64,000 nucleotides of DNA from Candidatus Latescibacterota bacterium (GCA_963667175.2 CAXXXF010000015.1:800001-864000); one strand, 5' to 3'. Positions 38,721-48,493 are shown, counted from the first letter of the stretch. The notes: generated by a model not told the origin, from the sequence alone. Numbers and translations: made by a program.

Positions 38721-39236
38721 TAACAGTCCATTGAAAAAGTCGCTCTGCAGGCGAGGTATGGTGTCCCGTTCCGGAAATATGTCACCATTCATCCGCCTGC
38801 CTGCGCAGCGTACTGCGCTGCAGGCAGGCCGATTCAACCCATCTGGCGGCGTTGCCTTCCCTCGCCGACCTGTCCAGTTTCTTCTTCGTCCTTTTTCTTA
38901 TAGCGCGTAAGAAAAAGGACCAAAAAGAACCGCGCCTGCCTGCCGAGCAGGCTTCGGCGCAGGCAGGCCGCTCAGACGCCGCGGGGCTGCTTTTCCGCGA
39001 ACCGCCTCCGTGAAGAAAACGTGCGCCGTTGCCCTGTAACCCTCGCAGGCGTTCCCGGACGCTGGTGCTGGACGGACTCGCGCGGAAAAGCCCCATCCAC
39101 TACCACCGGGCGGGCAGAGGGTCCTCCAGGAAGGTCAATCTGACGGAATCGTGGGGGCGCCGCCATTTGCCTTTTGCTGTTTGTCTTTGGTTTTGGCTGA
39201 CTGCTGAGAGCTGATTGCTGATCGCTGCTTTTCTCC
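38721..39236. repeat. Composite repeat region: MITE end, two CCTGCC/GGCAGG palindromes, T/A-rich hairpin, GCTGAnn heptamers
   Basis: taacagtccattgaaaaagtcgctc (38721); cgcctgcctgc..gcaggcaggccg (38794, 38932); gtcctttttctta..taagaaaaaggac; gctgactgctgagagctgattgctgatcgctgcttttctcc (39196). Confidence 0.7.
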
Positions 39237-39253
39237 GGCTGAATTCAGGCAAC

Positions 39254-40174
39254 TTATTTCCGGGACAGAACACTGTCACCAGGCGGTGCGCAGGTCGATC
39301 GCGGGCAAAGTTGCTGGATCAGCAGGCCGGCGACGATGAGAACCAGCCCGATGGGGGTGGAGAGGAGGATTTCTTCGCCGACCAGGAAATGGATGAAGAC
39401 CAGGGAGACAAACGGAGAGACGAAGATCAGGTTGGCAACTCTGGCCGTTGTTTCGGAAAGCCGCAGGGCGATGAGCCAGAAGACGAAGGCGATGCCCATT
39501 TCGACAAGCCCCACGTAGGCTGCGCCCAGAAGGCCGTAGGGACTGGAAACATGGAGGTCCGAAAAGAGCAGGCAGAGGACGAAGAGAAACGGCAGCGCAA
39601 ACGCGAAGTTCAGAAAGAGGCCCACAACCTCGTCGCGTTCATCCCGCGTATTGTAAATCCAGTATAACGCCCATACGATCGTACTGCCAAGGGCCAGGGC
39701 GACTCCCAGGGGATCTGAGAGCCGGAAGTCCAGGATGTTGCCGCGCGTGGAGATCACCAGAACGCCTGCATAACATACGAACCCCGCGAGAATTTCCTGT
39801 GGTTTCATCCGCTGTTTCAATAGCGGAATCGAGAGGATCGAGAGCGTGATCGCCCAGGTGTAGTTCAGGGGCTGGGCTTCCTGAGCGGGAAGAAGATCGT
39901 ACGCCTTGAAGAGGATCAGGTAGTAGAGGCAGGGATTGAGCAGGCCGAGAACGACGGATTTCAGATATTGTCGTGTTGAGTACGAATAAACTAGACGCTG
40001 TTTGCCCTGGAAGACGACAATGAGTCCCAGGGTCAACGTTGACGCAAGGCCGGCATAGAATAGAAGCTGCAGGGGATCCAGGTATCGAAGGGAGATCTCG
40101 AAGGCGGAGGCGACGGTGGACCAGAGAAGAACCGTGGCGACGGCGTAGAGGCAGGCTTTATTCTGGTCGCGCAT
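39254..40174 (-). CDS. DMT/EamA-family transporter
   Basis: About 10 TM helices. LLWSTVASAF, GLLNP.LYY.ILFKAY..LPAQEAQPLNYTW, PF.SL.FI...GE. Confidence 0.88.
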   Translation of the reverse strand: MRDQNKACLYAVATVLLWSTVASAFEISLRYLDPLQLLFYAGLASTLTLGLIVVFQGKQRLVYSYSTRQYLKSVVLGLLNPCLYYLILFKAYDLLPAQEAQPLNYTWAITLSILSIPLLKQRMKPQEILAGFVCYAGVLVISTRGNILDFRLSDPLGVALALGSTIVWALYWIYNTRDERDEVVGLFLNFAFALPFLFVLCLLFSDLHVSSPYGLLGAAYVGLVEMGIAFVFWLIALRLSETTARVANLIFVSPFVSLVFIHFLVGEEILLSTPIGLVLIVAGLLIQQLCPRSTCAPPGDSVLSRK

Positions 40175-40191
40175 CAAGGGTATGGGAAACG

Positions 40192-40217
40192 AGGGCGACC
40201 ACAAGGGTCGCCCCTAC
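40192..40217. repeat. REP-like palindrome
   Basis: agggcgacc-acaag-ggtcgcccctac, reading GTAGGGGCGACC on the minus strand. Confidence 0.65.
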
Positions 40218-40309
40218 GAAAACCAGACGATAGCGAAATGATTTCGTGAGGCCGTAACGCCAACCGGTTCAAGCCGACGGCTGTTTGCTGATCGCTGACT
40301 GCGTCTTTT

Positions 40310-41245
40310 CTATTCTTTCTCGACTTTATCCAGTTTGCGTTCGTAACTCATATCGATTTCGGCGCGGATATTGTCCACGGGTTTCCGGTGGTCCACCCGC
40401 CGTACCTCGGGGCGCGTGAGGTTCGTCCTTATCTTGTGAGAGATGACGATGCCGCGCGTGGCGTCGATAACCCAGGTACCCTTGCCTTCTCCGGATCCGT
40501 CGACGACAAGCTGAAGGGATCCGATGCGGACAGGCGCTCTGAAACGGACTTTTCTGTCTTCCTCGAACGTGACGATCTTATTCCCCTTCCTGGCGCCGAC
40601 GTTTTTTACTTTGTAATTGCTCTTGAGTTCCACAATCGCCTCGTCATCCAACACCAGTATCGGGGTCTTGAAATTCGTCTCACCGGTCCATGTATCGCCG
40701 GGTCCGACCGGGTCCGGAGGAAGGACCGGTTGAAGTTCGGGCGTCCAGATCTGCAATAAGTCCGTGAGGACGTCCGGACGGTTGAGTTCCCGTGCGGACT
40801 TGTTGCTCGAGTGCCGTTCAACCGTTCCGTCCGACGAGAGAAACCACGTGAGTTCCCAGTCGTCCAACTGCTCCAGCGTATAGGGAAACTGGTCGTGCGT
40901 CAGACGTTTGTTTTCGAAGAAAAAGCCGTTGACGGCCTTGCTCACGGTGGCGACGAGGCGCGTGGCATTTTCGCTGGACTCACCATCTGCACCGGCATGG
41001 ATAATTTCCCGGCTTCGCCATTCGCCCCTGATCTCGCCCGAGGTAAATCCCCGCTTCGTGCGTCCGGGCACAATCACTTCCGAGCGATCGCTTTTGAAGG
41101 TAAAGGAATACTTGTGCTTGTATTTGACGGTACGACCGTCCGGATAGGTGACCTGAAGCGCGACTTTGTCCGCGGCACGAATGGAAGCGCCTGATGACAA
41201 CAGCAACGCCAGACACAGGACCGACAGCATGCCCAGGGATTTCAT
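40310..41245 (-). CDS. Secreted hypothetical protein (DUF6263-like)
   Basis: RBS aaggagga, signal peptide MKSLGMLSVLCLALLLSSGASIRA, LP..PV.PGDTW, G.W.ID...G. Confidence 0.7.
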   Translation of the reverse strand: MKSLGMLSVLCLALLLSSGASIRAADKVALQVTYPDGRTVKYKHKYSFTFKSDRSEVIVPGRTKRGFTSGEIRGEWRSREIIHAGADGESSENATRLVATVSKAVNGFFFENKRLTHDQFPYTLEQLDDWELTWFLSSDGTVERHSSNKSARELNRPDVLTDLLQIWTPELQPVLPPDPVGPGDTWTGETNFKTPILVLDDEAIVELKSNYKVKNVGARKGNKIVTFEEDRKVRFRAPVRIGSLQLVVDGSGEGKGTWVIDATRGIVISHKIRTNLTRPEVRRVDHRKPVDNIRAEIDMSYERKLDKVEKE

Positions 41246-41271
41246 GTTGAGTCCTCCTTTGTGAACGACCG

Positions 41272-42525
41272 TCACTTGAAAAGAAGCCCGAAATAAAAGA
41301 GAGGGCTGAAGAGCTTCTTCTTGGGAACAGCGTTGGCGATCATACCGGTGATGAGTTCGCTGATCTGCTGATTCTGCGCCGCCTTCTGAATGACGAGATT
41401 GAGCAGGGGCCGCCAGCGCCCCAGGTCCTGCAGGCGCTTGCTGGTTCTGAGCTCGTCGCCGATGGCATCCCACAGTCGGTCTTCGTATCGTTTCAGGAAG
41501 GCTTCGCTGAAGTCATTCGCCTCCCGGGCTTCGGCGGCGACCTGCGCGGCGAACCGAGCGGCATACAGAGCGTTGCCGATGCCCTCCCCCGTAAAGGGGT
41601 CGATCAGCCCGGCGGCGTCGCCGAGCAGCATGAAACCGCTGCCATAGCTCTTCCTTCGGATGCTGCCGATGGGCAGGTTCCATCCGATGGGTTCTTCCAT
41701 GGCGCGCGCATTCGCGAACCGCCGGTCGAACGGCGGGCGGTTGATCACCGACTGAAGCGCGTCCTTCAGGTTGACTTTGCGGCGTTTGAGGCTGCTGTGC
41801 AGCATGCCGATGCCGACGTTCGCATAGCCGTTCTCAAGGGGAAAGGCCCAGAAGTATCCCGGCAGGACTTCATTGACGAAGTGGAGTTCGATCTGGTCCT
41901 TCAGGCCCGTCACGTTTTCGTAGTAACAGCGCAGGGCAACAACCCAGTGCCGGCCGTCGTGGCGATACTGTCCCGTTCGCCGGGCGACGATGGAGTTGAA
42001 TCCGTCACAACCCAGCACGAGGCTGGCGCGGTACGTGCGCTGTTGTCCGTTGGCGCTGCCGGTTACGCCCGTCACGGTGCCGTTTTTCCGGACAAGGTCC
42101 TTTACCGTAAACCCCTCGATGCACGTATCGACGGATTTACGGGCCTCGCGGAACAGAAAGGCGTCGAATACCGTCCGGCGGATGACAAACCCCTCCATGG
42201 GGAGATCACGCCCGGTACCGACGTCGTGAAGGGTATGCCGCTCCAGGTCGATCCGGGCATCCACGTGATTCGGGCTGCTGAAGACGATCTTATTGATGAA
42301 CGCGCCGGGCAGGTCCCGGATCTTTTCGAGCAGTCCGAGTTCGAGCAGGACAGCCACGGCTTTTCCCGACAGGGCGTCGCCGCAGACTTTGTCTCTGGGA
42401 AAAGTGGATTTGTCCAGCAGAAGGGTCTTGAGACCGTGGCGGGACGCGTACAACGCTGCCGCGGCGCCCGCCGGCCCCGCGCCGACGATGATCAGATCGT
42501 AGGTGGCTCGTTGAAGGTCCGGCAT
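41272..42525 (-). CDS. Geranylgeranyl-reductase-family FAD oxidoreductase
   Basis: DLIIVGAGPAG, FPRDKVCGD, GCDG.NS, PGYFW.FP, GDAAG.IDPFTGEGI..A. Confidence 0.9.
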   Translation of the reverse strand: MPDLQRATYDLIIVGAGPAGAAAALYASRHGLKTLLLDKSTFPRDKVCGDALSGKAVAVLLELGLLEKIRDLPGAFINKIVFSSPNHVDARIDLERHTLHDVGTGRDLPMEGFVIRRTVFDAFLFREARKSVDTCIEGFTVKDLVRKNGTVTGVTGSANGQQRTYRASLVLGCDGFNSIVARRTGQYRHDGRHWVVALRCYYENVTGLKDQIELHFVNEVLPGYFWAFPLENGYANVGIGMLHSSLKRRKVNLKDALQSVINRPPFDRRFANARAMEEPIGWNLPIGSIRRKSYGSGFMLLGDAAGLIDPFTGEGIGNALYAARFAAQVAAEAREANDFSEAFLKRYEDRLWDAIGDELRTSKRLQDLGRWRPLLNLVIQKAAQNQQISELITGMIANAVPKKKLFSPLFYFGLLFK

Positions 42526-42613
42526 GGAATCTCAGAATTGCAACGTCGTTGAATTCGTCCTTCGGTACCACGTAACTTATTCTGATCGGGCGCCCGCGTC
42601 AAGCGGGAAAACC

Positions 42614-44815
42614 ATGCCGCCCGAGGCCGGGGATGGTGAATTGAGCAGACGACGCACGCGAAATTCCAGGCTGGAACGCCCCAACGGACTTCGCCGACCC
42701 ACGACCGTGGCCGCCGTCTTCCTGGGTCTCCACGTCGTTCTGGCATACTGGCGTCCCAATCCCTTCTGGGGCGCCGACCTCCTTGCCTATTATCCCGATT
42801 CTCTGAAGGTCGCCTTCATCCTGCTGGCGATACTCGTTTTCATTCCCTGCGCGCGCGCCCGTTTCCGCGCCCTGGTCGCGGCCCTGTCGTGCGCCGTCTG
42901 GGGCAGCGGCGTCCGCGCCCGGATCGTCCGCATCCTGCTGATTCTCCTGGCGCTGGCCGGATTCATTGCGCTGCAGTCCTCGCGGCACCTCCTCGGCGAC
43001 GGGTACCTGTATCTACGGGAACTGGATGCCGGCGTCACGCAGCGCGTCGACCGTGCGCCGCTTACCTTCGCGCTGATTCGCGTGCTGCATCACGCCGGCG
43101 CCGAGGTATGGCATACCGCCGAGAATACGTACCGGGTCTACAGCTATGCCTCCGGTCTCCTGTACATCCTGCTTGCATTTGCCACGGCCGGCGTTCTCGG
43201 GAAGAACGACCGCGAAAAATCCGTGGGTTTGGCGTTCCTCGTCACCGCCGGATACGTGCAACTCTTCTTCGGTTACGTGGAGAATTACGCTTTCTACATG
43301 CCGGCCGGTCTGCTGTACCTGCTTGCGGGTCTTCGGAGTCTGGAAAACCGGGCGCCTCTGTGGGTACCCGCGCTGGCGCTCGGCCTGCTCATCCCGTTCC
43401 ACTTTCTGTTTGTTCTCTTTGTGCCTTCCCTGCTCATCCTCGCGTATTTCAGGCACAGGCGCCGGGAGACATCAACGCCGCGATGGAAGCGGGTTCCGGC
43501 CAACGTCGCCGCGTTGTGCGCCACCCCGATTGCCGCCGTGCTGGTCTTCTGGCTGGCCGGGTTCGACGCCGGCGCCTTTCTGGAGCGGACCGGCGGCAAA
43601 CACCACGTCCTCCCGCTGTTTTCGGACCCCGGATTCCACGCGCCCTACCGCATCCTTTCCATCTCGCATTTGCTCGACTTCGTCAACCTGCAGATCCTTT
43701 CCGCTCCGGCCGCGTTGATGGCGCTGTGCCTGTTCGGCAGGCAGGAGTTACGTCACCATCCGTTCCTGCTTGCCGCCGCCGCCGTTCCACTCTTCTTTAC
43801 GTTCATTGCCAACCCAGAAATCGGCGCATTCAGAGACTGGGACATTCTCGCGCTCCCCGCCCTGCCGCTCACACTCTGGGCTGCCTCGGCGCTTCTGGAG
43901 AACGGCCGGCGGTCAAAGCGGCGAGCCCGCAACGTCTCCGTGATCTGCGCCGCGGCCGCCCTGCACACCATACTTTGGATCGGGGTGAATGCCAACCCGG
44001 CGGCCGCCGAGGCGCGGTATACGCAACTCATGGGACGGCTCAGCGGACATGCGGGCTCCTACGGATGGGAGACGCTCGGGACGTACCACCGGCTGCAAGG
44101 GAAAACGGTACAAGCGCTCAACGCCTATCGGCGCGCGCTCGACGCGAATCCGCAGAACCCCCGACACTGGATGTCGGTCGGGATCATCTACTGCGACCTC
44201 GGCCGGGCGGAGCGTGGGATCGACCACCTCAGAAAGGCGGTGGAGATCCAGCCCGACCTCGCCGAGGCGCATATCAATCTGGGCGCCGCCTACCTGGGGA
44301 CGGGGCGGCGCGGGGAAGCGACTGAGCACCTCGAGAAAGCCGTTGAACTCCAGCCCGGAAGCGCGCTCGCGCTCGTCAACCTCGGCGCCGCCTACAACGA
44401 AGCGGGAAGGTTCAGCGAGGCTGTCGACCCACTTGGCAAGGCGCTTGAGATACAGCCGGGACACGCGGGCGCACATGTCAATATCGGCGCGTCCTACCAC
44501 GGTCTCGGCCGGTACGAGGAGGCGGTCGAACACCTGAAGGAAGCACTCGAGCTCCAGCCCGCGCTGCGCAGCGCACAGACCTATCTGAACATCGGCGGCA
44601 CCTATCACAGCATGGGGCGGTACGAAGAGGCGATTCCGTACCTTATGAAAGCCATTGAAATCAACCCCCGCCTTACGAACGCCTACTTCAACCTGGGCCT
44701 GGCCTACGGCGCTCTGAATCGCATGGAGGAAGCCAGAGCCAACCTGCGAAGGGTCCTTGAGCTGAATCCGAACGACCCCCAGGCGCCGGTGATCAGACAG
44801 TTGTTGAGGCAATGA
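42614..44815 (+). CDS. Polytopic membrane protein (GT-C-like) with C-terminal TPR array
   Basis: About 11-12 TM segments with LGDG and RDWD loop motifs, then about 7 canonical TPRs (A..NLGA.Y...GR..EA...L.KA.E.QP). Start codon uncertain. Confidence 0.75.
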   Translation: MPPEAGDGELSRRRTRNSRLERPNGLRRPTTVAAVFLGLHVVLAYWRPNPFWGADLLAYYPDSLKVAFILLAILVFIPCARARFRALVAALSCAVWGSGVRARIVRILLILLALAGFIALQSSRHLLGDGYLYLRELDAGVTQRVDRAPLTFALIRVLHHAGAEVWHTAENTYRVYSYASGLLYILLAFATAGVLGKNDREKSVGLAFLVTAGYVQLFFGYVENYAFYMPAGLLYLLAGLRSLENRAPLWVPALALGLLIPFHFLFVLFVPSLLILAYFRHRRRETSTPRWKRVPANVAALCATPIAAVLVFWLAGFDAGAFLERTGGKHHVLPLFSDPGFHAPYRILSISHLLDFVNLQILSAPAALMALCLFGRQELRHHPFLLAAAAVPLFFTFIANPEIGAFRDWDILALPALPLTLWAASALLENGRRSKRRARNVSVICAAAALHTILWIGVNANPAAAEARYTQLMGRLSGHAGSYGWETLGTYHRLQGKTVQALNAYRRALDANPQNPRHWMSVGIIYCDLGRAERGIDHLRKAVEIQPDLAEAHINLGAAYLGTGRRGEATEHLEKAVELQPGSALALVNLGAAYNEAGRFSEAVDPLGKALEIQPGHAGAHVNIGASYHGLGRYEEAVEHLKEALELQPALRSAQTYLNIGGTYHSMGRYEEAIPYLMKAIEINPRLTNAYFNLGLAYGALNRMEEARANLRRVLELNPNDPQAPVIRQLLRQ

Positions 44816-44863
44816 GCTAACGTCTCCCCGCCTTTAGTGGTTGCTTTATCACAGGTGACGTAA

Positions 44864-45700
44864 TTGGACCGAATCTACTTCATATCCGACGTCCACATCG
44901 GGTCGCCGGGAATCGGCGGCAGCGCCCGCGAGCGGGAAGACGTCCTGATCGACTTTCTGAAGTCGATCCGCCACAACGCCGGGGCGCTCTATATTGTCGG
45001 CGATCTATTCGACTTCTGGTTCGAATACCGCACAACCATCCCTTCGACCGGCGCCCGCGTCCTGTTCGAACTCTACAACCTGGTGGAGTCCGGCGTTCGC
45101 GTGATCTACCTGCCCGGCAATCACGACCTCTGGCCGGGCGAGTACTTCTCCGAGCAACTCGGCGTTGAACTCCCCGGCGGCCCGATCACGGTCGCCCATC
45201 AGGGACTCAGAATCCACGTCGCCCACGGCGACGAAATCCGGACCGACTGGCGGTTCCGCCTGAGCCGCGGTATCCTGAAAAACCGGCTTTGCATGGGCCT
45301 GTTTCGACTGCTTCACCCGGACCTGGGCGCCACCCTCGCCCGGTACACCTCCCGGCTTTCCGAGTTCCGGATCCGGAGGCGGGGTTCCGGGAACCGGGAG
45401 TTTCTCTACAGGGCCGCCAGAGGGAAAATCGCGCACGGCGTGGATGTCGTGATCCACGGACACTACCACTTTTCGCTTCACGCTCACGTGGGCGGTTCGC
45501 CGGACGATCCGGCCAGACCGAACGCGGGCCCCGGGAAGGGCGCCAATGACCTGGACGAACGCAGCGGCGAACTCGTTGTCCTGGGCGACTGGATTCAAAA
45601 GTACACCTACGCGGTTCTGGAAAACGGGAGCATCAGGCTCGAGAAATGGGAAGAGCACCGTTCGACCGATCCGGCGGTTGCCCCGGAGGAAGCCGGGTAA
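44864..45700 (+). CDS. lpxH: UDP-2,3-diacylglucosamine diphosphatase (LpxH-like metallophosphoesterase)
   Basis: FISDVHIG, GDLFDFWFEY, PGNHD.W, HGD, LHPD.G, GHYH, LGDWI. Confidence 0.8.
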   Translation: MDRIYFISDVHIGSPGIGGSAREREDVLIDFLKSIRHNAGALYIVGDLFDFWFEYRTTIPSTGARVLFELYNLVESGVRVIYLPGNHDLWPGEYFSEQLGVELPGGPITVAHQGLRIHVAHGDEIRTDWRFRLSRGILKNRLCMGLFRLLHPDLGATLARYTSRLSEFRIRRRGSGNREFLYRAARGKIAHGVDVVIHGHYHFSLHAHVGGSPDDPARPNAGPGKGANDLDERSGELVVLGDWIQKYTYAVLENGSIRLEKWEEHRSTDPAVAPEEAG

Positions 45701-45762
45701 CGGAATGGGGGCGCGCCACCGGCCCCGCCCGATGCCGTCACACGACCATCAGAGGGCGTCAC

Positions 45763-47253
45763 ATGATTCTCGCCATCGACCAGGGCACCACGGGCACGAC
45801 CGTGCTCGTTATCAACCGTAGAGGCGACGTCAGGGGCCGCGCCTACACGGAATTCAATCAGATTTACCCGCAGCCCGGCTGGGTATCGCACAACGTGGAG
45901 GAAATCTGGCGTTCCACGCTCGGCGTGATCGCCGAGGCCTTACGAAACGCAGGTGTGCGTACCGCGGACCTGGCCGGCATCGGGATCACCAACCAGCGGG
46001 AAACCACCGTCCTCTGGGACCGATGCACGGGTGAACCCGTCCACGACGCCATTGTGTGGCAGTGCCGGCGTACGACAGACCTGTGTCGCGCGTACCGGGA
46101 ACGAGGGCTCGAGGAAACGGTCAGTGAAAAAACGGGTCTTGTCATCGACCCCTACTTTTCCGCGACCAAAATCGCCTGGCTCCTGGAAAACGTGCCCGGC
46201 CTACGAAGGCGTGCCGAGGCAGGCGACGTCTGCTTCGGCACCATGGACGCCTATCTTCTGTACCGCTTGACCGGCGGCAAGGTACACGCGACGGATCTCA
46301 CCAATGCATCCCGAACCATGTGTTTCAATATCCACACGAAGACATGGGACGCCGACCTGCTGGACGCGTTCGACGTTCCGCGGGCGATCCTCCCGGAGGT
46401 CCACCCTTCCGCCCATGTGTTCGGAATCACCGCGGGCGGGGGCCCGTTGCCGGAAGGCATTCCCATCGCCGGGATCGCGGGAGACCAGCAGGCCGCCCTC
46501 TTCGGTCAGCGCGGCGTTTCCGAGGGTGACGTCAAGAACACCTATGGGACCGGCTGCTTCGCTCTGTTCCATACGGGATCCAACGCGTTCTCGTCGCAGA
46601 ACGGCCTGCTCACCACGCTCGCCTGCGACGCCCGCGGCGGTCCGGCCTTCGCCCTGGAAGGCTCCGTCTTCAGCGCCGGATCGGCCGTTCAGTGGTTGCG
46701 CGACGGCCTGGGCCTGATCGCGGAGTCGTCCGATACGGAAGTCCTTGCCCGATCGGTTCCGGATAACAACGGCGTCTACCTGGTCCCCGCGTTCACGGGC
46801 CTGGGCGCGCCCTACTGGGATCCGGACGCACGCGGAACCATTGTGGGCATCAACCGCGGAACGGACCGGGCCCACCTCGCGCGCGCCGCGCTCGAATCCA
46901 TCGCCTATCAGAGCGCCGCGCTCGTAGACGCCATGGCCGCGGACACGCGCCGCCCGGTTACCGGAATCCGCGTTGACGGCGGCGCATCCGCGAACGACTT
47001 CCTGATGCAGTTCCAGGCGGATATCCTCAATACGCGCGTGATCCGGCCCCGGCATACCGAGACAACCGCCCTGGGGGCCGCCATGCTCGCGGGGCTTACG
47101 ACCGGCTTCTGGACCGGCCCTGAGGCGCTTTCGGAACTGAATCCACCCGAACGTACGTTCGAACCCTCCATGTCCCAAAAAAAGCGCGAAGCCCTGCTGA
47201 ATCGCTGGCGTCACGCCGTTCAGACCGCCCGTAGCCACGGGAATCCGGAATAA
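45763..47253 (+). CDS. glpK: Glycerol kinase
   Basis: AIDQGTTGT, GITNQRET, IVWQCRRT, DPYFSATK, GDQQAALFG, KNTYGTG, PAFTGLGAPYWD. Confidence 0.96.
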   Translation: MILAIDQGTTGTTVLVINRRGDVRGRAYTEFNQIYPQPGWVSHNVEEIWRSTLGVIAEALRNAGVRTADLAGIGITNQRETTVLWDRCTGEPVHDAIVWQCRRTTDLCRAYRERGLEETVSEKTGLVIDPYFSATKIAWLLENVPGLRRRAEAGDVCFGTMDAYLLYRLTGGKVHATDLTNASRTMCFNIHTKTWDADLLDAFDVPRAILPEVHPSAHVFGITAGGGPLPEGIPIAGIAGDQQAALFGQRGVSEGDVKNTYGTGCFALFHTGSNAFSSQNGLLTTLACDARGGPAFALEGSVFSAGSAVQWLRDGLGLIAESSDTEVLARSVPDNNGVYLVPAFTGLGAPYWDPDARGTIVGINRGTDRAHLARAALESIAYQSAALVDAMAADTRRPVTGIRVDGGASANDFLMQFQADILNTRVIRPRHTETTALGAAMLAGLTTGFWTGPEALSELNPPERTFEPSMSQKKREALLNRWRHAVQTARSHGNPE

Positions 47254-47286
47254 AAAAAGCGATCGCTAAGAGCGGGGAGACGGAGA

Positions 47287-47353
47287 AAGGAAGAACGAAG
47301 AACGAAGAAGGAAGAAGGAAAACCTGAAACCAGTGAGACGTGAGAGGGTAGAC
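47287..47353. repeat. GAAGAA(C/G) heptamer run + GTGAGAC motif
   Basis: aaggaagaacgaagaacgaagaaggaagaaggaaaacctg..gtgagacgtgagagggtagac, similar to 34893-35040. Confidence 0.65.
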
Positions 47354-47473
47354 GGGAGAGGTGGTGGTAACTCTTCCGAATGATACCTCCACACGTGGAC
47401 TCTCGTTACATCAAATGGAAATTACTTTAAAGTTTCCCAATCAACTAGAGGACAGTTGACAATGCATTTCAAA

Positions 47474-48106
47474 TCATCTTCTCCACCTATTCGGACAACG
47501 CAGGATATTGCCATCACGCTTTCTTATCTCCAAGGGCAACCTGCTTTTTCGAAATCTGCTTTCCCTGATCGGAAATGCGCTCGTTGAAACCGCGGATAGT
47601 TCGTTTGAATGCCTGCCGGGTGGGAATGCAACAATGACCCGTTTATTTGGATGGCGCGCAATTACTGCCTTTATTGGGGGAGACAGATCGCTGTCACCGG
47701 ATACCACGATTGCGGTGTCAAACCTGTCATCATGTGCGTCACAGAGCAATTCAACGGCAATGGATACATCAGTCTTCTTCTCTTCGGCGCCGTACCAATT
47801 TGCTCCGCATCGCCTGCAGCTAACAGACTTATCGATATAATGACCATAGTAGAACGTAACGTCTCCAATGGCTTCCAACGCTTCAAGGTAGGTGTTCTGG
47901 CGTTTCCATTTTCCCCAGTTTCCCGGTCTTTGGGATACACGCGACGTAAAATACTTAACCGCTTCCAATTCCTGAGAATCCTTAAGCAGGGATTCTGACA
48001 ATCGCACTAAATCGAGCCAGAGATAGCGATTACTCCACTTTTCTTTTATTCCAAAGTAGAGGTTGAATCCGTCTACGTATGCAATGACCCGATTCTTATT
48101 ACGCAT
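47474..48106 (-). CDS. NYN-domain (LabA/DUF88, PIN-like) ribonuclease
   Basis: YVDGFNLY, EEKKTDV.IA..L..DA, VSGDSDL.P, S.EL. AT-rich relative to the flanks. An alternative GTG start lies at 48118. Confidence 0.9.
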   Translation of the reverse strand: MRNKNRVIAYVDGFNLYFGIKEKWSNRYLWLDLVRLSESLLKDSQELEAVKYFTSRVSQRPGNWGKWKRQNTYLEALEAIGDVTFYYGHYIDKSVSCRRCGANWYGAEEKKTDVSIAVELLCDAHDDRFDTAIVVSGDSDLSPPIKAVIARHPNKRVIVAFPPGRHSNELSAVSTSAFPIRESRFRKSRLPLEIRKRDGNILRCPNRWRR

Positions 48107-48127
48107 CTTCCGTGTCACCGGTTTTTA

Positions 48128-48156
48128 TTGACAATTACTCTAGTGATTGGTATATT
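48128..48156 (+). promoter_or_regulatory. Near-consensus sigma70 promoter divergent from the NYN gene
   Basis: TTGACA(48128)-17 nt-TATATT(48151). Confidence 0.75.
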
Positions 48157-48162
48157 GGTGAC

Positions 48163-48243
48163 GTGCTATAGCATTTGTGCCCCCCGGAGGATAGTATTCT
48201 CCGGCCCGACGCCCACTGTCTCTGACAGGGGCGTTTCTTTTTT
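48163..48243 (+). ncRNA. Candidate ~80-nt structured small RNA next to the NYN gene
   Basis: Follows a consensus promoter. Hairpin ccggaggata-g-tattctccgg (48184-48204), terminator stem acgccc-a-ctgtc-tct-gacag-gggcgt plus ttctttttt. No credible ORF. Confidence 0.55.
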
Positions 48244-48373
48244 GAATCTGACGGCTTTCGGATTTTTGCTCAATTCGATTTCCCACTTCCGGAGTCCGTC
48301 CAAACGTGGGTATGGCGGCCCTCTGCCTTCCCTCCGCTCCCCCGACAGTCGCCGTCAAATGGAAGGGTGCGGT

Positions 48374-48479
48374 CCTCTCCCGCCTTTTGGAGAGGGGGCC
48401 GGGGGAGAGGTCTGCGTTGACTTTCGCTTTTGATTCAAGCTGACAGCTGAAAGCTGACCGCTGATTGCTGCTTTTCTCC
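48374..48479. repeat. CCTCTCCC hairpin + GCTGAnn heptamer repeat
   Basis: Matches 35138-35206 and 39196-39236. Related runs at about 40280-40302 and, reversed, about 50298-50330. Confidence 0.7.
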
Positions 48480-48493
48480 CCCTCTCCCCGCCT

